In this document: positions 52,242-63,320 of the stretch, one piece after another
Position numbering within the stretch: the stretch's first letter is position 1
Layout of the letters: every line of letters begins with the position of its first letter
Assembly (NCBI GenBank): GCA_963769935.1
Contig: CAVYNY010000019.1
Location: 32,001 to 96,000 of the forward strand
DNA length: 64,000 nt
Origin: an uncultured delta proteobacterium
GTDB lineage: Bacteria > Desulfobacterota > Desulfobacteria > Desulfobacterales > JAFDCJ01
Reading direction: 5' to 3'
The notes under the pieces: model-generated
Database searches by the model: none
What the model was told of the DNA's origin: nothing
Seen by the model: the letters and a program-made list of their open reading frames with translations, nothing else
Program-made: the position numbers and the translations under genes

Positions 52242-53417
52242 TTAAATATTCAATCTGCAATATTCAATCTTCAATTTATCCAGCCAGGCGGCCGTGTTGG
52301 CGGCGCCGTCCAGCTCAATTCCGACGGGCACTCGATCCGCGTTAGACAATGCCCGCGCCATGATGTCTGCCAGGCGGTCGGGCTCAAGGTCTTGATCTGC
52401 GACTACCTTCAGGATTCCCATTTGATCCAGGCGTTCAGCCCGCATCCGTTGCTCGCGATTCTGGGGAAACGGCCACACCAGGGCGGGCACCCCGGTTGCC
52501 AGAATGTTCATGGTTGTGTTGTACCCTCCCATGCTGACCGACAGATTTGCCGCCGCCATATATGATAGAAAGTCGGGACTGAACTTGTTTATCTCGACAT
52601 CCTTGCCGGCCAGCCGCTGCAGACGATTGAATTCCTCCTGATCCAGGTAAGGCCCGGTGAAAACTTTCAGATACGGCCGCTTTTTCATGCGCAGACGATC
52701 AAAGGCGCAGATAACCGCTTCCAGAAGCGGTGCGCCCACATTGCCCCCCCCGGCACTGGCAACGATCAGGATCTCATCCCGATCGATTTGCAGCCGACGA
52801 CGCATGTTTGCCCCGGCACCCGGTGGGGGTCGGCGGGCGATGTAACCGGTATATATCACGGGAATTCTTATTTCATCAAAGCGGGCAAAGGTTTCGCTGA
52901 TTCGCGCCAGATTTGGATCGGCATGCACCAGCACCGCATCGAAGCAGCGGTTGAGGGAGTTGACCGCCCGCAGCTCGTGTTTGGCCGCGTCCTCCTTTTC
53001 AACGAGGATATCCCGCACGCTGCAGACGACACGACAGGGGGGCAGCTTTTTTTCGCCGATGGCCTGCAAAACGGGATCGAGCTCAAAACGAAAGGCTTTG
53101 CGCCCGAAGGGATAAAGCTCCACCAGGAAAACATCCGGTTTTTCTTTTTCGAAAAGGTCGAACAACCGCTTTTGCCGCTGTTCCTTGATTCGATCCAGCG
53201 CGGTATTTTTTTGGGAACTGTAAAGCCCTTTAAATTCCCGGTTCATCTGCAGGTCGGGCAGGTTGATTTTACGGACATGCTCCGGCAAATCCGTCTCGAC
53301 CTGCGGGCCGCCGGTTACCAGGATCACCTCGTGTCCGGACAGCGCCCGGGCAATCTCCAGGCTGCGAAACAGGTGGCCGATTCCCAGAACATGCTGGCAG
53401 TATTGAATAATTTTCAT
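52242..53417 (-). CDS. GT-B glycosyltransferase, COG4671 / GT28-C-like
   Basis: YCQHVLGIGHL, ELYPFGR, SVRDIL, SAGGG, SMGGYNT; paralogue of 49858-51045. Confidence 0.88.
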   Translation of the reverse strand: MKIIQYCQHVLGIGHLFRSLEIARALSGHEVILVTGGPQVETDLPEHVRKINLPDLQMNREFKGLYSSQKNTALDRIKEQRQKRLFDLFEKEKPDVFLVELYPFGRKAFRFELDPVLQAIGEKKLPPCRVVCSVRDILVEKEDAAKHELRAVNSLNRCFDAVLVHADPNLARISETFARFDEIRIPVIYTGYIARRPPPGAGANMRRRLQIDRDEILIVASAGGGNVGAPLLEAVICAFDRLRMKKRPYLKVFTGPYLDQEEFNRLQRLAGKDVEINKFSPDFLSYMAAANLSVSMGGYNTTMNILATGVPALVWPFPQNREQRMRAERLDQMGILKVVADQDLEPDRLADIMARALSNADRVPVGIELDGAANTAAWLDKLKIEYCRLNI

Positions 53418-53421
53418 TGGA

Positions 53422-54842
53422 TTACATTTGTCTGAGATACCGCAAATTGCTTAACAGAATCGACACGGGTTCTTGGCTTTTCACGGGCAGCAAACTGACC
53501 GTCTGATCGGTGGCAACCCGCGGCAAACGCGGTTTGTGGATGGCAAGCCCGGGATGCACCCTTTGCAAAAAATCGCAGAGAATTTCACCGGCCATTTTGG
53601 CTGCGGCATACTCGCCCATATCCAAAGGAAGCTCCTCGATCGCCGCCGAGGAAGGATAGAAAACCTTCTGCAGGCCGGCAGTCGGATCCGCCACACACTG
53701 AACCGTCCGGAGAAACCCGGTGACATAGTACTCGCAAAAGGCGGCAAAGCGCTGCGGCGAAAATTTGCCTTTGGCTGCTCCAAAAATATAAGGCGTGGCG
53801 AAATAGTACAAATACAGAGGCCTGGACCGATTGACAAGCCTGTCGACCAGCCCTTGGGGCGGATCCAGAACATTCAGCGGCAGGCAATCCGCCCGGGCCC
53901 CCTGAGAGACAATTTCATCGACAATCCGTTGGGCGTCCTGCCGGCCGCGATAATAGGTAAGGATGACCTCGGCGCCGCCGGCAGCCAGGAGCTTGGCGGT
54001 GACTTCTCCCAACCCACGGGATCCTCCGACAATCAACGCCCGTTGGGCTGAAAACTCCTCCGGTTCAACCTGACGGCAGACGTCGCTAAAGGCGGCCTGC
54101 TTTTGGGGTTTGGGGCGCAGGAAGGCTTTTACCTCCCCCTTCACCCCCGGGGCTTCAACCTCAATTGAGACCAGAGCCAGGCGCTTGTTGCAATCCGCAA
54201 CCTGGTAATTCAGGGTCGCCGTGCCGGCAATCTCCGCAGAAAAAGTCAGATTGAGGCTTGAATAAATTGAGTGCTGCCCCGGGCATTCCATGCCGACCAG
54301 ACGCGTGGTCGCCAGCAGAGCGGCAAGCTGTATCGGAGGCAGCACCCGGATCAGATCGGGGAAAAGCCCGCCGGCAAGCTCAGCCATCCAAATAAAGGGC
54401 AACGGTGCCCGAAGCTGCCGTCACCTCGTCAAGCGAGCGTTCGCGGCATGCTTGCCGGTTCATGAGACATCTTTGGCAGCGTACCCGGGCAGTGATCCTG
54501 CAAAGGGCTCCCGCTAATTTCAATCCATGCCGCAGGCGTGCCGTCCGCCTCAAGTTTGATGGCGAACTGGTATTCATCCTGCCGGGTAACCAAGCCGCAG
54601 ACGGTTTGCCCCACACCGATTCCGGCCTGAAAATTGGCTTTGACCGTCCGCAGCGCCAGAGGTTTCGTTCGGGATTTCAGATGATCATTCAGACTCCACA
54701 ACAGGGCATGCAGACCATGGACGACCTGACGCCCGAACAGCAGACGCCTGGCAAGCACGGGATCCAGGTGCAGCGGATTATAATCGCCGGAGAGTTTGGC
54801 GAAGGCCACCTGATCGTCTGAGGTAAATACGCGTTGGATCAT
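53422..54842 (-). CDS. MaoC-type dehydratase / SDR ketoreductase fusion; two +1 frameshifts near 54455 and 54385
   Basis: FAKLSGDYNPLH...VHG; second hot-dog-like part VGMECPG; GGSRGLG, SS, YAAAK. Confidence 0.82.
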
Positions 54843-55135
54843 AGTTCGTTAGGCGGATAAGGGTGCCGAAACGACAATTTGTTTCAAAATTGTCGAGGGC
54901 AGTTGCATGTGAAATTTTTAAGGTTTCAGTGTTCAGCCCAGCCGCCGGCCAAAACAACGGCCGGTTTGATCGAAAATTAAAACTTTTGGAAATCGGACAA
55001 AGTTGGATTAAATATCACGCCCACTTCGTTAGAGCTCACAGAAATCGCAGTCCGCCGGAGGCGGATTTCTTTTGCCGCAGGCAGCTGTAAACCCAGACCT
55101 TCGTGATCTCTGAGCGCTCTGTGTGAGATGTGGTT

Positions 55136-56820
55136 TCATATAAGCTCAATATGCCCGGGAACGGAAAAAGGCTGTTTTGCGTCCATGATAAAACACTCCC
55201 CCTGCTGCTGGAATCGGGGCGCCAGGCTTTTAAAAAAATCCAGACACGGTTTATTTTTGGATGTAGAAGTATATCGGGCGTAAACGTTTGCGACTCCCAT
55301 TGCCTGCGCCTGGTGAATCGCGACGGCAAGCATGGTTTCTTCTATTTTGCGTCCCAGCACCCGGCAGCTCAGAATAAAATCCACAATTTGAGCGCTTCGA
55401 TCCTGAATTTCCAGGCTTATTATACCGGTTAAACCGGCGTCGCCGAATTTATCCGAGACGCGCAAGGTCCATAGCCGGTGGTGCTCCTGTTCGGCCCAAG
55501 CCATGAGTTCGGCTTCGGACATACGTCTGGTGGACAGGTTCATTTGATTGGTTTTGTTCAGCAGCTGCGTGGCCCGTTGCAGGTTGGCCGGATGAAGTTC
55601 TTCAACCTGAACCCGAATAGCTAGCCGCATTAGCCATTCCTCTAATGAACGGACTGTTTTTTTCAACTCCCGCCGTTTGGTTTCCGAGAGATACATGGTG
55701 GACCGGGCCAGGTCTTCCCGGCTGAGAGAAGGCATCTCAAAACACCGCAGACTGAGCAGGGTCGCCGGATAAAACAGCGGGTCTTCCGGCCAATCAGGCA
55801 CCAGAACCTCCGGCAGGCTCTCTTTGACCCGCGCCCGCTCAACGGGACTGTCGTCAATAAATACCGCCGACTGGGGCCCAAGATTCAATTCGGCCAGCAA
55901 ATCGATGATATTTTGAACTTTATCCTGCCAGTTAATTCGCCAGCCGGCAAAATCTTCCAACCTGAGCACCATTTCAGGGTGCTTCCCGATTGCTTCCAGC
56001 GCGACCTGCTCCTCATTTTTACTCACAATGGCCAGAAGAATCCCTCGATTCTGCATCGATTTCAAAGCGTGCTGGAAATCGACATAGGCCTCCCCGATGT
56101 GATGATGTCCGCCCAGGACAAGATTCTCCCACCCGGCATCACCGACGATGCCGCCCCACAGCGTATCATCCAGATCCACGATGATAAGTTTGCGTGCATA
56201 CCCGAGCATTCCGCGCAGGGCGGCTTTGATATCCCGGGCGGCCGCCTTGAAGACCTCGTTGCCGAACGGAATTTTTCCCAAATACCACAGCTTGGGGCTG
56301 AAGGCCTGGATGCCCTGCCGGTGCAATCCAGCGCTGGGTATTGAGAACATAGATGTTGGCGGCCTTTGCCAGATTCTCGGCCAGCCTGAGATTCATGCGC
56401 ATGAGGGTGTTCGTCGGCCCGATTTCGGTCTGCATGTCCAGCACCCCGAAGACGCTTCGATAGGAAGGCAGCACCCAGGATGGAACGAACGCATACTTCA
56501 CCCGCCCACTCATGTTTACCAGCAGCGCACAATATTCATCTACCTGTTGCAGCACCTTCTGCAGCGAAACCGGTTCATACTTAAGAAGCGCCTTAAAGGC
56601 CGGCACAACGGACTGGGGCCGGGTCCAGATCACGGCGACATCCGGCGTATTTTGCCAGCAGGGCAACTCCCGGTTTAGCAGGGTTGCAACCGGCTGCCCG
56701 AACGGGGCGGAAATCGGCTTGATGCCCGGGAAATTCCGGATCATTGGCGATATAACCGGCGAAATTCTGCAGATTAAAATCTGAGACGAGAACACATGTG
56801 TAGGGTTGCTTATCCAGCAT
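55136..56820 (-). CDS. FkbH-like HAD-IIIC glyceryl transferase/phosphatase; two +1 frameshifts near 56730 and 56315
   Basis: DLDDTLWGG, SKN, FIDDSPVER, KTNQMN, DKFGDAG, LSCRVLGR. Confidence 0.88.
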
Positions 56821-57113
56821 TTTTTTCGTCCAGCCGCAGGTGGATGTAGTCGGCAAGCGTGCCAAGGGTGCGAAACACCTGATTGATCCGAGACAATGTG
56901 CGCTCATCGGTCAACAAAACGGGCCTGCCAAATTCGGCGGCTGTCTTTTGTTCCGTCACGGCAATCAGGTTAATCAGTCCCGCTGAATCCAATCGGCCGG
57001 AATCACCGGCCAGACGGTGTCTCCAGGTCTTTATCCAGGTGTTCATCCGGCGGCCGCAGCTGGTTGAGTTCGTCAATAACACTGAACAGCATTTGCGTAA
57101 TTTGGGCGTGCAT
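56810..57113 (-). CDS. Acyl carrier protein; one +1 frameshift near 57015
   Basis: Reconstructed MHAQITQMLFSVIDELNQL...LAGDSGRLDSAGLINLI...FRTLGTLADYI; LDS pantetheine site; SD aagga. Confidence 0.78.
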
Positions 57114-57227
57114 TGTCCGGGTTATTCCTTACTGTTCAAAAAAGTTATGGGCTTCGCATTTGCCGGTTTGCCTGTTTGCCGGTTTACTTAACCGGCTCAC
57201 GGGTTAACAGGTCAACGGGCTAACGGA

Positions 57228-58352
57228 TCAATAAAACGCGAGATCTCCGTCACCACCTTGCAGGCGGCAGTTTGCCAGGGGGATACCGGCAAACGCTTTC
57301 GATAGGAGAAATCCTCTCGATTTTTTTTTGGCAGACCAGCAGGGACAGCCGAGCCTTAAAAAATCTGCCGCCAACCGCTCGTCATACAGGCTGAGGATGC
57401 TTACATCCATCGCCAGCGCGTGTTGGAATGCTGCCGCCGTAATTGAAGGCGCGTGCCGGCTCTCAAAATAGGCATACACGACACTCATCCGATCATCACG
57501 CACTTTCAGCAGTAAAAATCCGATCATCTCATTGTGGTGCTCAAATACCTTGACGCCCAGATTCAGAAATCGGCCGGCGCGTGACGAAAAATAGTATCTT
57601 TTGCCGGCCGAATCTTTGAACGGCGCCGATAATATCCAGGGGTTGTTCATGATCCAGCTGAGGTCGGACTTTTCTTTGCGGGTCAGATCGTGCCGGTGAT
57701 GCTGTTTTATAAAACGGTCTGTCTCTTCATCGATGGTTGCGATATATTCGAACGTCAGATGCCGGCAGTGATTGCTGCGTCTTTGCCAGAAAAAATTTCT
57801 GAGATTCACGACTTCATCCGCCATGGCATCAAAGATTTTAAATACTACCCGCAATATCTTCAACGCCGGGAGCCGGCGGGAAATACTTGCACTAATATTC
57901 AACCGCAGCCGGATATCCAGTCCCTGCAAGGGATTTAAAGCCATAAACTTTTGAGAAGCCTGCAGCGCCAGCCCGGCCTCCCGGGAGCTTCCGGACACGC
58001 CGATATGCTGGTCATAGGCGTTTAGGGCCTTAAAAAGCAGAATGGTCCCGACGCCCGCGGTTGCCCGAGAGGGATCGACCCACCAGCTGGTCAACCAGCC
58101 CAATTTGTAGACAACGTCATTGACAAAGATTTTATCGGGAAGAATTCCGAGATAGCCGATCACCCGGTTATCCCGGTAGGCAACCAGCAGGACGGGATCA
58201 TCCGCATCCGCCCGGGGGTTGCGGCTGTATGACAACGCGCGGTGTTTGGTTATCGGCAGGGTTTGGGTCAGCCAGAAATCTTCTGACGCCAGCGCCGTCT
58301 TTAAATCGGCGACCGTAAAGGCTTTAATTTCCATCGCGTCCCGGTTTTCCAT
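57228..58352 (-). CDS. GNAT-family acyltransferase
   Basis: VIGYLG...WLTSWWVDPSRATAGVG acyl-donor loop; C-terminal GDGD. Confidence 0.72.
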   Translation of the reverse strand: MENRDAMEIKAFTVADLKTALASEDFWLTQTLPITKHRALSYSRNPRADADDPVLLVAYRDNRVIGYLGILPDKIFVNDVVYKLGWLTSWWVDPSRATAGVGTILLFKALNAYDQHIGVSGSSREAGLALQASQKFMALNPLQGLDIRLRLNISASISRRLPALKILRVVFKIFDAMADEVVNLRNFFWQRRSNHCRHLTFEYIATIDEETDRFIKQHHRHDLTRKEKSDLSWIMNNPWILSAPFKDSAGKRYYFSSRAGRFLNLGVKVFEHHNEMIGFLLLKVRDDRMSVVYAYFESRHAPSITAAAFQHALAMDVSILSLYDERLAADFLRLGCPCWSAKKKSRGFLLSKAFAGIPLANCRLQGGDGDLAFY

Positions 58353-58419
58353 AAGGTTTAATTAAACCTGAGCTGAACGATTCCAATACGAAGATTGAAA
58401 CAGGTGCAAAAACATTTTC

Positions 58420-58492
58420 GCCACCAAGACACCAAGACGCAAAGAGGAATATTAACCAACGGTTTCGCTTTGTGTCTTGGTGCCTTTGTGGC
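58420..58492. repeat. Inverted pair of short-period arrays (gccaccaagacaccaagac / gtgtcttggtgcctttgtggc)
   Basis: Arms are imperfect reverse complements. Confidence 0.7.
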
Positions 58493-58667
58493 AATTTATT
58501 CAGGCTTTTCCGGATTAGGATAGAATGTTCCGCTCATATACGGTCCGAGTATAGCGCAAAGGAATCGGCTGTCAAGCCGGAAGTATGGACAGTGTTTTGC
58601 TGCGTCTCAAGAAACCTGGAAAGCGACGGTCTACCAGTATTCCACCATTCCAATCGGGGCGAAGCCC

Positions 58668-59408
58668 CTAGCTTGCGACAAGGCTGTCGATATCGATTCT
58701 GCCGAGCACTTCGGTACTTATCCCGGGCCGGGCGGCAAAGAATTTTTTAAACCCGTAGGATTTGAGAATGGCGATGAGTTTTTCAGTGTACTCGTTGAAC
58801 GGAAAGCAGTACAGATCAGGTCGCAAAGCCAGGTTGTCCTCCATCCACCTCAGGCACAGCTCGGTATCATATTTAATGTAGTCTTCCCATTGCGCTTCCG
58901 TCCTGCGGGTCAGGACCTCATCTTTAAAATAATAGCCCTGAAATACCAGCTTGGAGCGGATGCTCAGGTTGCGGGCCGATATTTCAGGCCGATTTTTAAA
59001 GCGCGCCAGTTTCCATGGACTGAGCGGCTTGCGCCGGCGGGCATGAGTTGCGGTTAAGATCACGTCATGAAAATGACTGTGAACGCCGATTCTCACATTC
59101 GGCCGGGCGCATAATGCCTGAATTTCGTCCACCGTCATGAAATGATCATAGCGGCCTTCGATAAATGTCCGGTAGGCATACTTTTTGGTTTTTAGATGGG
59201 CGATGTATTCGCCGTCAAACATGGGCCGGGCCTTGCCGGGCTTAACAAAAGAGGTGGTGATAAAGAAGGTTAATTCAGCGGGATGTTTTTTCAGCAGAGG
59301 CAGATAATAATACTGTGAAAAAAGACCGTCATCAAAAGTCAGGCGGTACCGGTCAAGTCTTAAATCGAAATATTCTTTACGGATATCATGGATCATCAGG
59401 TATTGCAT
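58668..59408 (-). CDS. Polysaccharide deacetylase-family protein
   Basis: LTFDDG, TFFITT, GVHSHFH, FPFN. Confidence 0.82.
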   Translation of the reverse strand: MQYLMIHDIRKEYFDLRLDRYRLTFDDGLFSQYYYLPLLKKHPAELTFFITTSFVKPGKARPMFDGEYIAHLKTKKYAYRTFIEGRYDHFMTVDEIQALCARPNVRIGVHSHFHDVILTATHARRRKPLSPWKLARFKNRPEISARNLSIRSKLVFQGYYFKDEVLTRRTEAQWEDYIKYDTELCLRWMEDNLALRPDLYCFPFNEYTEKLIAILKSYGFKKFFAARPGISTEVLGRIDIDSLVAS

Positions 59409-59486
59409 GCGAATTCCGCTTTGTCAGGTTTGGATCATGAGGATTAACTGGTAATATGACAGTTGCCTGCTAATTCGAAATTAATA

Positions 59487-59800
59487 AAATTCCAAGCACC
59501 AAATACCAAAACTCAAACAAATCCCAATAACCAAAATTCAAAATTCCAAACTTATAATCCTTACTATAGCTTTTCTCAAGCGCATCGTCAGCGGCAGACC
59601 AGGGTCTATAAACGATGCGTATCAACTATGGAAAATGTTTTGGTCATTGAATATTTGAATTTGGGATTTACCTGCCCTGTTAAATTGCCCTGCAGAATTT
59701 GTGTGACAGGTCGAAAATATGATCTTCATAACTAACACCTTTACGGATTTGTCGAATTATTTAACAGGGTAAATAATTTGGTGCTTGAGATTTCAGATTT
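59487..59800 (+). repeat. Intergenic element family A, copy 2, with a nested IR element at 59675-59769
   Basis: Arms match 18441-18684; ccctgttaaat...atttaacaggg interrupts the right arm. Confidence 0.75.
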
Positions 59801-59860
59801 CTTATTTAACCTTGTTAATGCAAGTGAATCAGAACTATTTTTTGATGTTATCTGACCTCA

Positions 59861-60490
59861 TTAAGCATCGGGAATAAGGTCAAGTGCATTTACTTCTCCT
59901 ATCCGGAGCCTGCAGCGGCGGTGAATCAGCCAGTGAAGCTGATAGGATTCAAGAATCGGGGGCTCGCCGGGCAGAAACTTGCGGCCGCACAAATGATAAA
60001 TTAGGCTTTTAACCACCCCTTCATGAGTAACCACCAAAAGAGTTTGGCCGGGATACCGTTCGGCCGCTTCCTGCAATGCCATTTGGCTTCTCTGCAAGAC
60101 ACGGCGACGGGATTCTCCCCCGGGTGGACAAAAATCCCAGCCGGCATTTACCTGCTTGTCCAATATCCGGGTGGCTTCAGCTTCGATCTCGGGGATGGCC
60201 TTTCCCGCCCAATGGCCCCAATCCTGTTCTCTGAGCCGTGAATCGACGGTCAGCGGTACCTTCAAATAGGCATTGATTATCTCCGCCGTTGCCACAGCGC
60301 GCCCGGTATCACTGGCAAGAAGACGATTCCAGGAGAATGGCTCTAAAATCCGGCCCCAGCGGGATGCCTGCAGTTCGCCTTCCGGGGTCAACGGAGAGTC
60401 GCTGTGCCCCTGGATCTTTCTTTCTCGATTCCAAACGGTTTGCGCGTGGCGGATCAGGCCAAAGCGGGTAATTTTTGCTAAATCCTGCAT
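59861..60490 (-). CDS. Histidine phosphatase (PGM family)
   Basis: LIRHAQT, SDTGRA, LREQDWG, GGES, VTHEG. Confidence 0.92.
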   Translation of the reverse strand: MQDLAKITRFGLIRHAQTVWNRERKIQGHSDSPLTPEGELQASRWGRILEPFSWNRLLASDTGRAVATAEIINAYLKVPLTVDSRLREQDWGHWAGKAIPEIEAEATRILDKQVNAGWDFCPPGGESRRRVLQRSQMALQEAAERYPGQTLLVVTHEGVVKSLIYHLCGRKFLPGEPPILESYQLHWLIHRRCRLRIGEVNALDLIPDA

Positions 60491-60546
60491 ACAGCTTTAC
60501 TTTTAAACCGGTGTAGTAACGAAATTATCTTTATTAAAAGTTATAC

Positions 60547-60661
60547 ACAGCGTCATAATTAATCCGCCCTGAGATATAGAACCTTCAGGGTTGAATTTTG
60601 TGCGTTGACAACTTAAGAAAGTTGTTAAATTCGAGATCCGGCGGATTAATTATGACGCTGT
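60547..60661. mobile_element. MITE-like element with perfect 22-bp terminal inverted repeats, family B copy 2
   Basis: acagcgtcataattaatccgcc (60547-60568) / ggcggattaattatgacgctgt (60640-60661); two internal hairpins. Confidence 0.72.
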
Positions 60662-61788
60662 TGCGCGATTGATTTAAGCGATATCTCAAGCTGCTGATAA
60701 TTTTTATTTAAATCATGAAATTCGCGCACATAGGATTTCGCGGCCAGCCCCATTTGTTGTCTCAGGTTTTTATCGGTCATCAGGCGCTGAATGGCATCCG
60801 TAAAGGAATCCAACGCATACATCGGCACCAGAATGGCGGTTTTACCGTCCTGCACGGCTTCCGGAACGCCGGCATTGTCAAAGGCCACCACCGGCAGCCC
60901 GCAGGATTGCGCCTCCAGATAAACCATGCCTAACGATTCCCGGATGCCGGGAAATACGAATAGATCGGCCGCACTATAGAAACGATACATTTCCCCGCGC
61001 GGTATTTTCCCCACAAAGTGCACCCGGCCCGGCACATGCTCGCCGGCCAGTTGCGCAAGCTTTCCTCGCGCGCGGCCGTCTCCGGCGATGACCAGACGGA
61101 AGTTAAGACCCCGGCGCAGTAGTTCGCCGCAGGCCCGAATCACCCAGGTGAGCCCTTCGGTTTTGACATCCTGTCTGAACATGGCGGCTGAAAAAATTAC
61201 CGGTTCATCGGCCGCATGCCATTTTTTCCTCAACTCCCGGCGGGCTTGGGCATCAAAGGAAAAATCAGCGGGGATGATACCCGGCGCCACATAGGTCACC
61301 CGGCTCGCCGGCAAAAGACGCTTGAGGTTGAGCAGATCGACGGATTTATTGGCGAAAACGTGATCGGCGCAACGCAGGGTATTTTGGTTCAGATAAAACC
61401 CGGGTTTGGTAATCCACCGGCGCCTTCTTTTGGTGGAGTAGATGCCCTGGAATATGACATAGGGGATATTCAATTTGCCGGCAACAGGCGGGCCCAGTAA
61501 ATCCGGCGCCTTGTAATAGCTGTGATAGGTAAGCCATAAGTCGGCGACCTGGGCGGAAAGCTTGCGGACCACCCGCCTTCTTTCCCGGAACAATCCCGGC
61601 CAGAGCCAGGGCCTCCAGTAGATCCAGCGACACCGTAAATTGCTGATCGGAAAAACCTGGTGGCCGCGTTGCGCCAGAAAATCGAAGATCCCGGTGGCCG
61701 TAACAAGATCGCCGGAAGGATGCGGATGGCCCAGGGGTTTGAATGGTGCATAGAAGCATATTCGCAAAGAGCAAGGCGTCGTGCGCAT
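60646..61788 (-). CDS. Glycosyltransferase family 4
   Basis: FYAPFKPLGHPHPSGD, YHSYYKAPD, ESLGMVYLEA; start uncertain (61767, 61788 or 61809). Confidence 0.9.
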   Translation of the reverse strand: MRTTPCSLRICFYAPFKPLGHPHPSGDLVTATGIFDFLAQRGHQVFPISNLRCRWIYWRPWLWPGLFRERRRVVRKLSAQVADLWLTYHSYYKAPDLLGPPVAGKLNIPYVIFQGIYSTKRRRRWITKPGFYLNQNTLRCADHVFANKSVDLLNLKRLLPASRVTYVAPGIIPADFSFDAQARRELRKKWHAADEPVIFSAAMFRQDVKTEGLTWVIRACGELLRRGLNFRLVIAGDGRARGKLAQLAGEHVPGRVHFVGKIPRGEMYRFYSAADLFVFPGIRESLGMVYLEAQSCGLPVVAFDNAGVPEAVQDGKTAILVPMYALDSFTDAIQRLMTDKNLRQQMGLAAKSYVREFHDLNKNYQQLEISLKSIAQQRHN

Positions 61789-61811
61789 AGAGCATAGGGT
61801 AGAGGACATGG

Positions 61812-62007
61812 CAAACATCAAATACTTCGCAAATCAATATTCAATGACCATAACAAAACATAAATCACCGTAAACTCCCATCGTTTTGCACAGGATGGTC
61901 TAATTGAAATGATGTCTTTGGAAAATTGAAGAAGACGCATTTGTTTGGAATTTTGAATTTAGGTAATTGAGTTTTGTTTGGGATTTGGTTTTTGGTATTT
62001 GGAATTT
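61812..62007 (-). repeat. Intergenic element family A, copy 3 (inverted)
   Basis: Reverse complement gives aaattccaaataccaaaaacc...aaattcaaaattccaaac and gttatggtcattgaatattg. Confidence 0.7.
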
Positions 62008-62075
62008 TCACCAATTTCATTTTTCGAATTTTGCATTCCGAATTCCCCATTCCGAATTCTCGTACGCCCTCGGCC

Positions 62076-63320
62076 CTATATCTCCTTTTTGTACACTTCG
62101 GCGAGATCCTGCACCAGCCGGCGATTGTCGAAATCCCTTACAACCCGCTGTCGGCCGGCCGCCGAGACCTGGTTTCTCAATTGCGCATCGGTCAGCATGC
62201 GCAGCATGGCCCCGGCCAGTTTATCCGGATCGCCGGGCGGCACCAGCACACCGGTTTTTCCATTTTCCACCAGTTCGGGAATCCCCGAAATATTGGTCGC
62301 AACCACCGGCACGCCCATGGCCATGCTCTCCACCAGGACGTTGGGAATGCCGTCGCGGTCTCCATCCGGAGCGACTTCACAGCCAAGCACGAAGAGATCG
62401 GCATTTTTGTATTGCTCTAGAACGACATCATGGGGGCGGGTTCCCAGCAGCTGTGTCACAGAGGTCAGTCCCAGTTCTCTGATAAGCGACAGGATTTTTT
62501 CGCGCTCTTCACCACCGCCGATATGGGTGTGTAAAAATGCAACCTGCTGATCGCGTAAAATTTTAAGTGCTTTGTAAATTGTGGGCAGGCCCTTTTTGGC
62601 CGATAGACGGGCAATGGTCAGAATCCGGTAGGGCTGCACGGGATTGCTCACAATTTCACTTCCCCGCGAAAAAAGCTCGATATCAATGCCATGATAGATG
62701 CAATGAATCGGGGTTTTATGACCGTCGGCCAGCTCAAGCAGGTGTCGCCGGTTGTATTCGGTGCAGGTAACGACAAACCGGGCCAACCCGATTTTTTCTC
62801 GCAGCTGCCCGGGATCGGATGTATAGATATCTTTGGCATGGGCGGTAAAACTAAACGGCAATCCACTCAGCTGACCGGTGAACATGGCCACCGATGTGGG
62901 TGAATGGGCAAAATGGGCATGCAGATGGGTCACGCGGCTGGCCTCCAGCAACCGATGCACCAGATAGCCTGCCTGCAGCAGATGCTTGATGGTAGCCGAC
63001 TTGCGCGTTCGCAGGAACCTGCGATAGGCCGTTTTCAGTGCCGCGCCGTAAACCTTAGGTTTTTTGGCAGCCAGACGGCAATTATGGTAAACCAGCCGCG
63101 GCAGCGGCTTTATTAAGGTTTCGGGCAGGTAGTCGACCGGAGCCTTGATTTTTTTGACGCTGTCATGGGTAAAGTTTTCCCGCGGCTGGCGCATTGAAAA
63201 CAGGTGAATGGCAAAACCGAGTTTTTCAAGCAGACGGATTTCGTTGGAGATAAAGGTTTCGGAAATGCGGGGGTACCCTTTCAGGATCATCCCCAGAACC
63301 GGTGGGTTGAATGTGCTCAT
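62076..63320 (-). CDS. Glycosyltransferase family 4 (WcaL-like)
   Basis: LKGYPRISETFI, HAHFAH, HAKDIY, RDGIPNVLVESMA; ATGA overlap with the upstream gene. Confidence 0.92.
   Translation of the reverse strand: MSTFNPPVLGMILKGYPRISETFISNEIRLLEKLGFAIHLFSMRQPRENFTHDSVKKIKAPVDYLPETLIKPLPRLVYHNCRLAAKKPKVYGAALKTAYRRFLRTRKSATIKHLLQAGYLVHRLLEASRVTHLHAHFAHSPTSVAMFTGQLSGLPFSFTAHAKDIYTSDPGQLREKIGLARFVVTCTEYNRRHLLELADGHKTPIHCIYHGIDIELFSRGSEIVSNPVQPYRILTIARLSAKKGLPTIYKALKILRDQQVAFLHTHIGGGEEREKILSLIRELGLTSVTQLLGTRPHDVVLEQYKNADLFVLGCEVAPDGDRDGIPNVLVESMAMGVPVVATNISGIPELVENGKTGVLVPPGDPDKLAGAMLRMLTDAQLRNQVSAAGRQRVVRDFDNRRLVQDLAEVYKKEI

Noticed and set aside
56300..56740. Programmed ribosomal frameshifting in FkbH and the other split genes
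   Set aside because: No canonical slippery heptamers, usually two shifts per gene, and the same pattern in unrelated genes.
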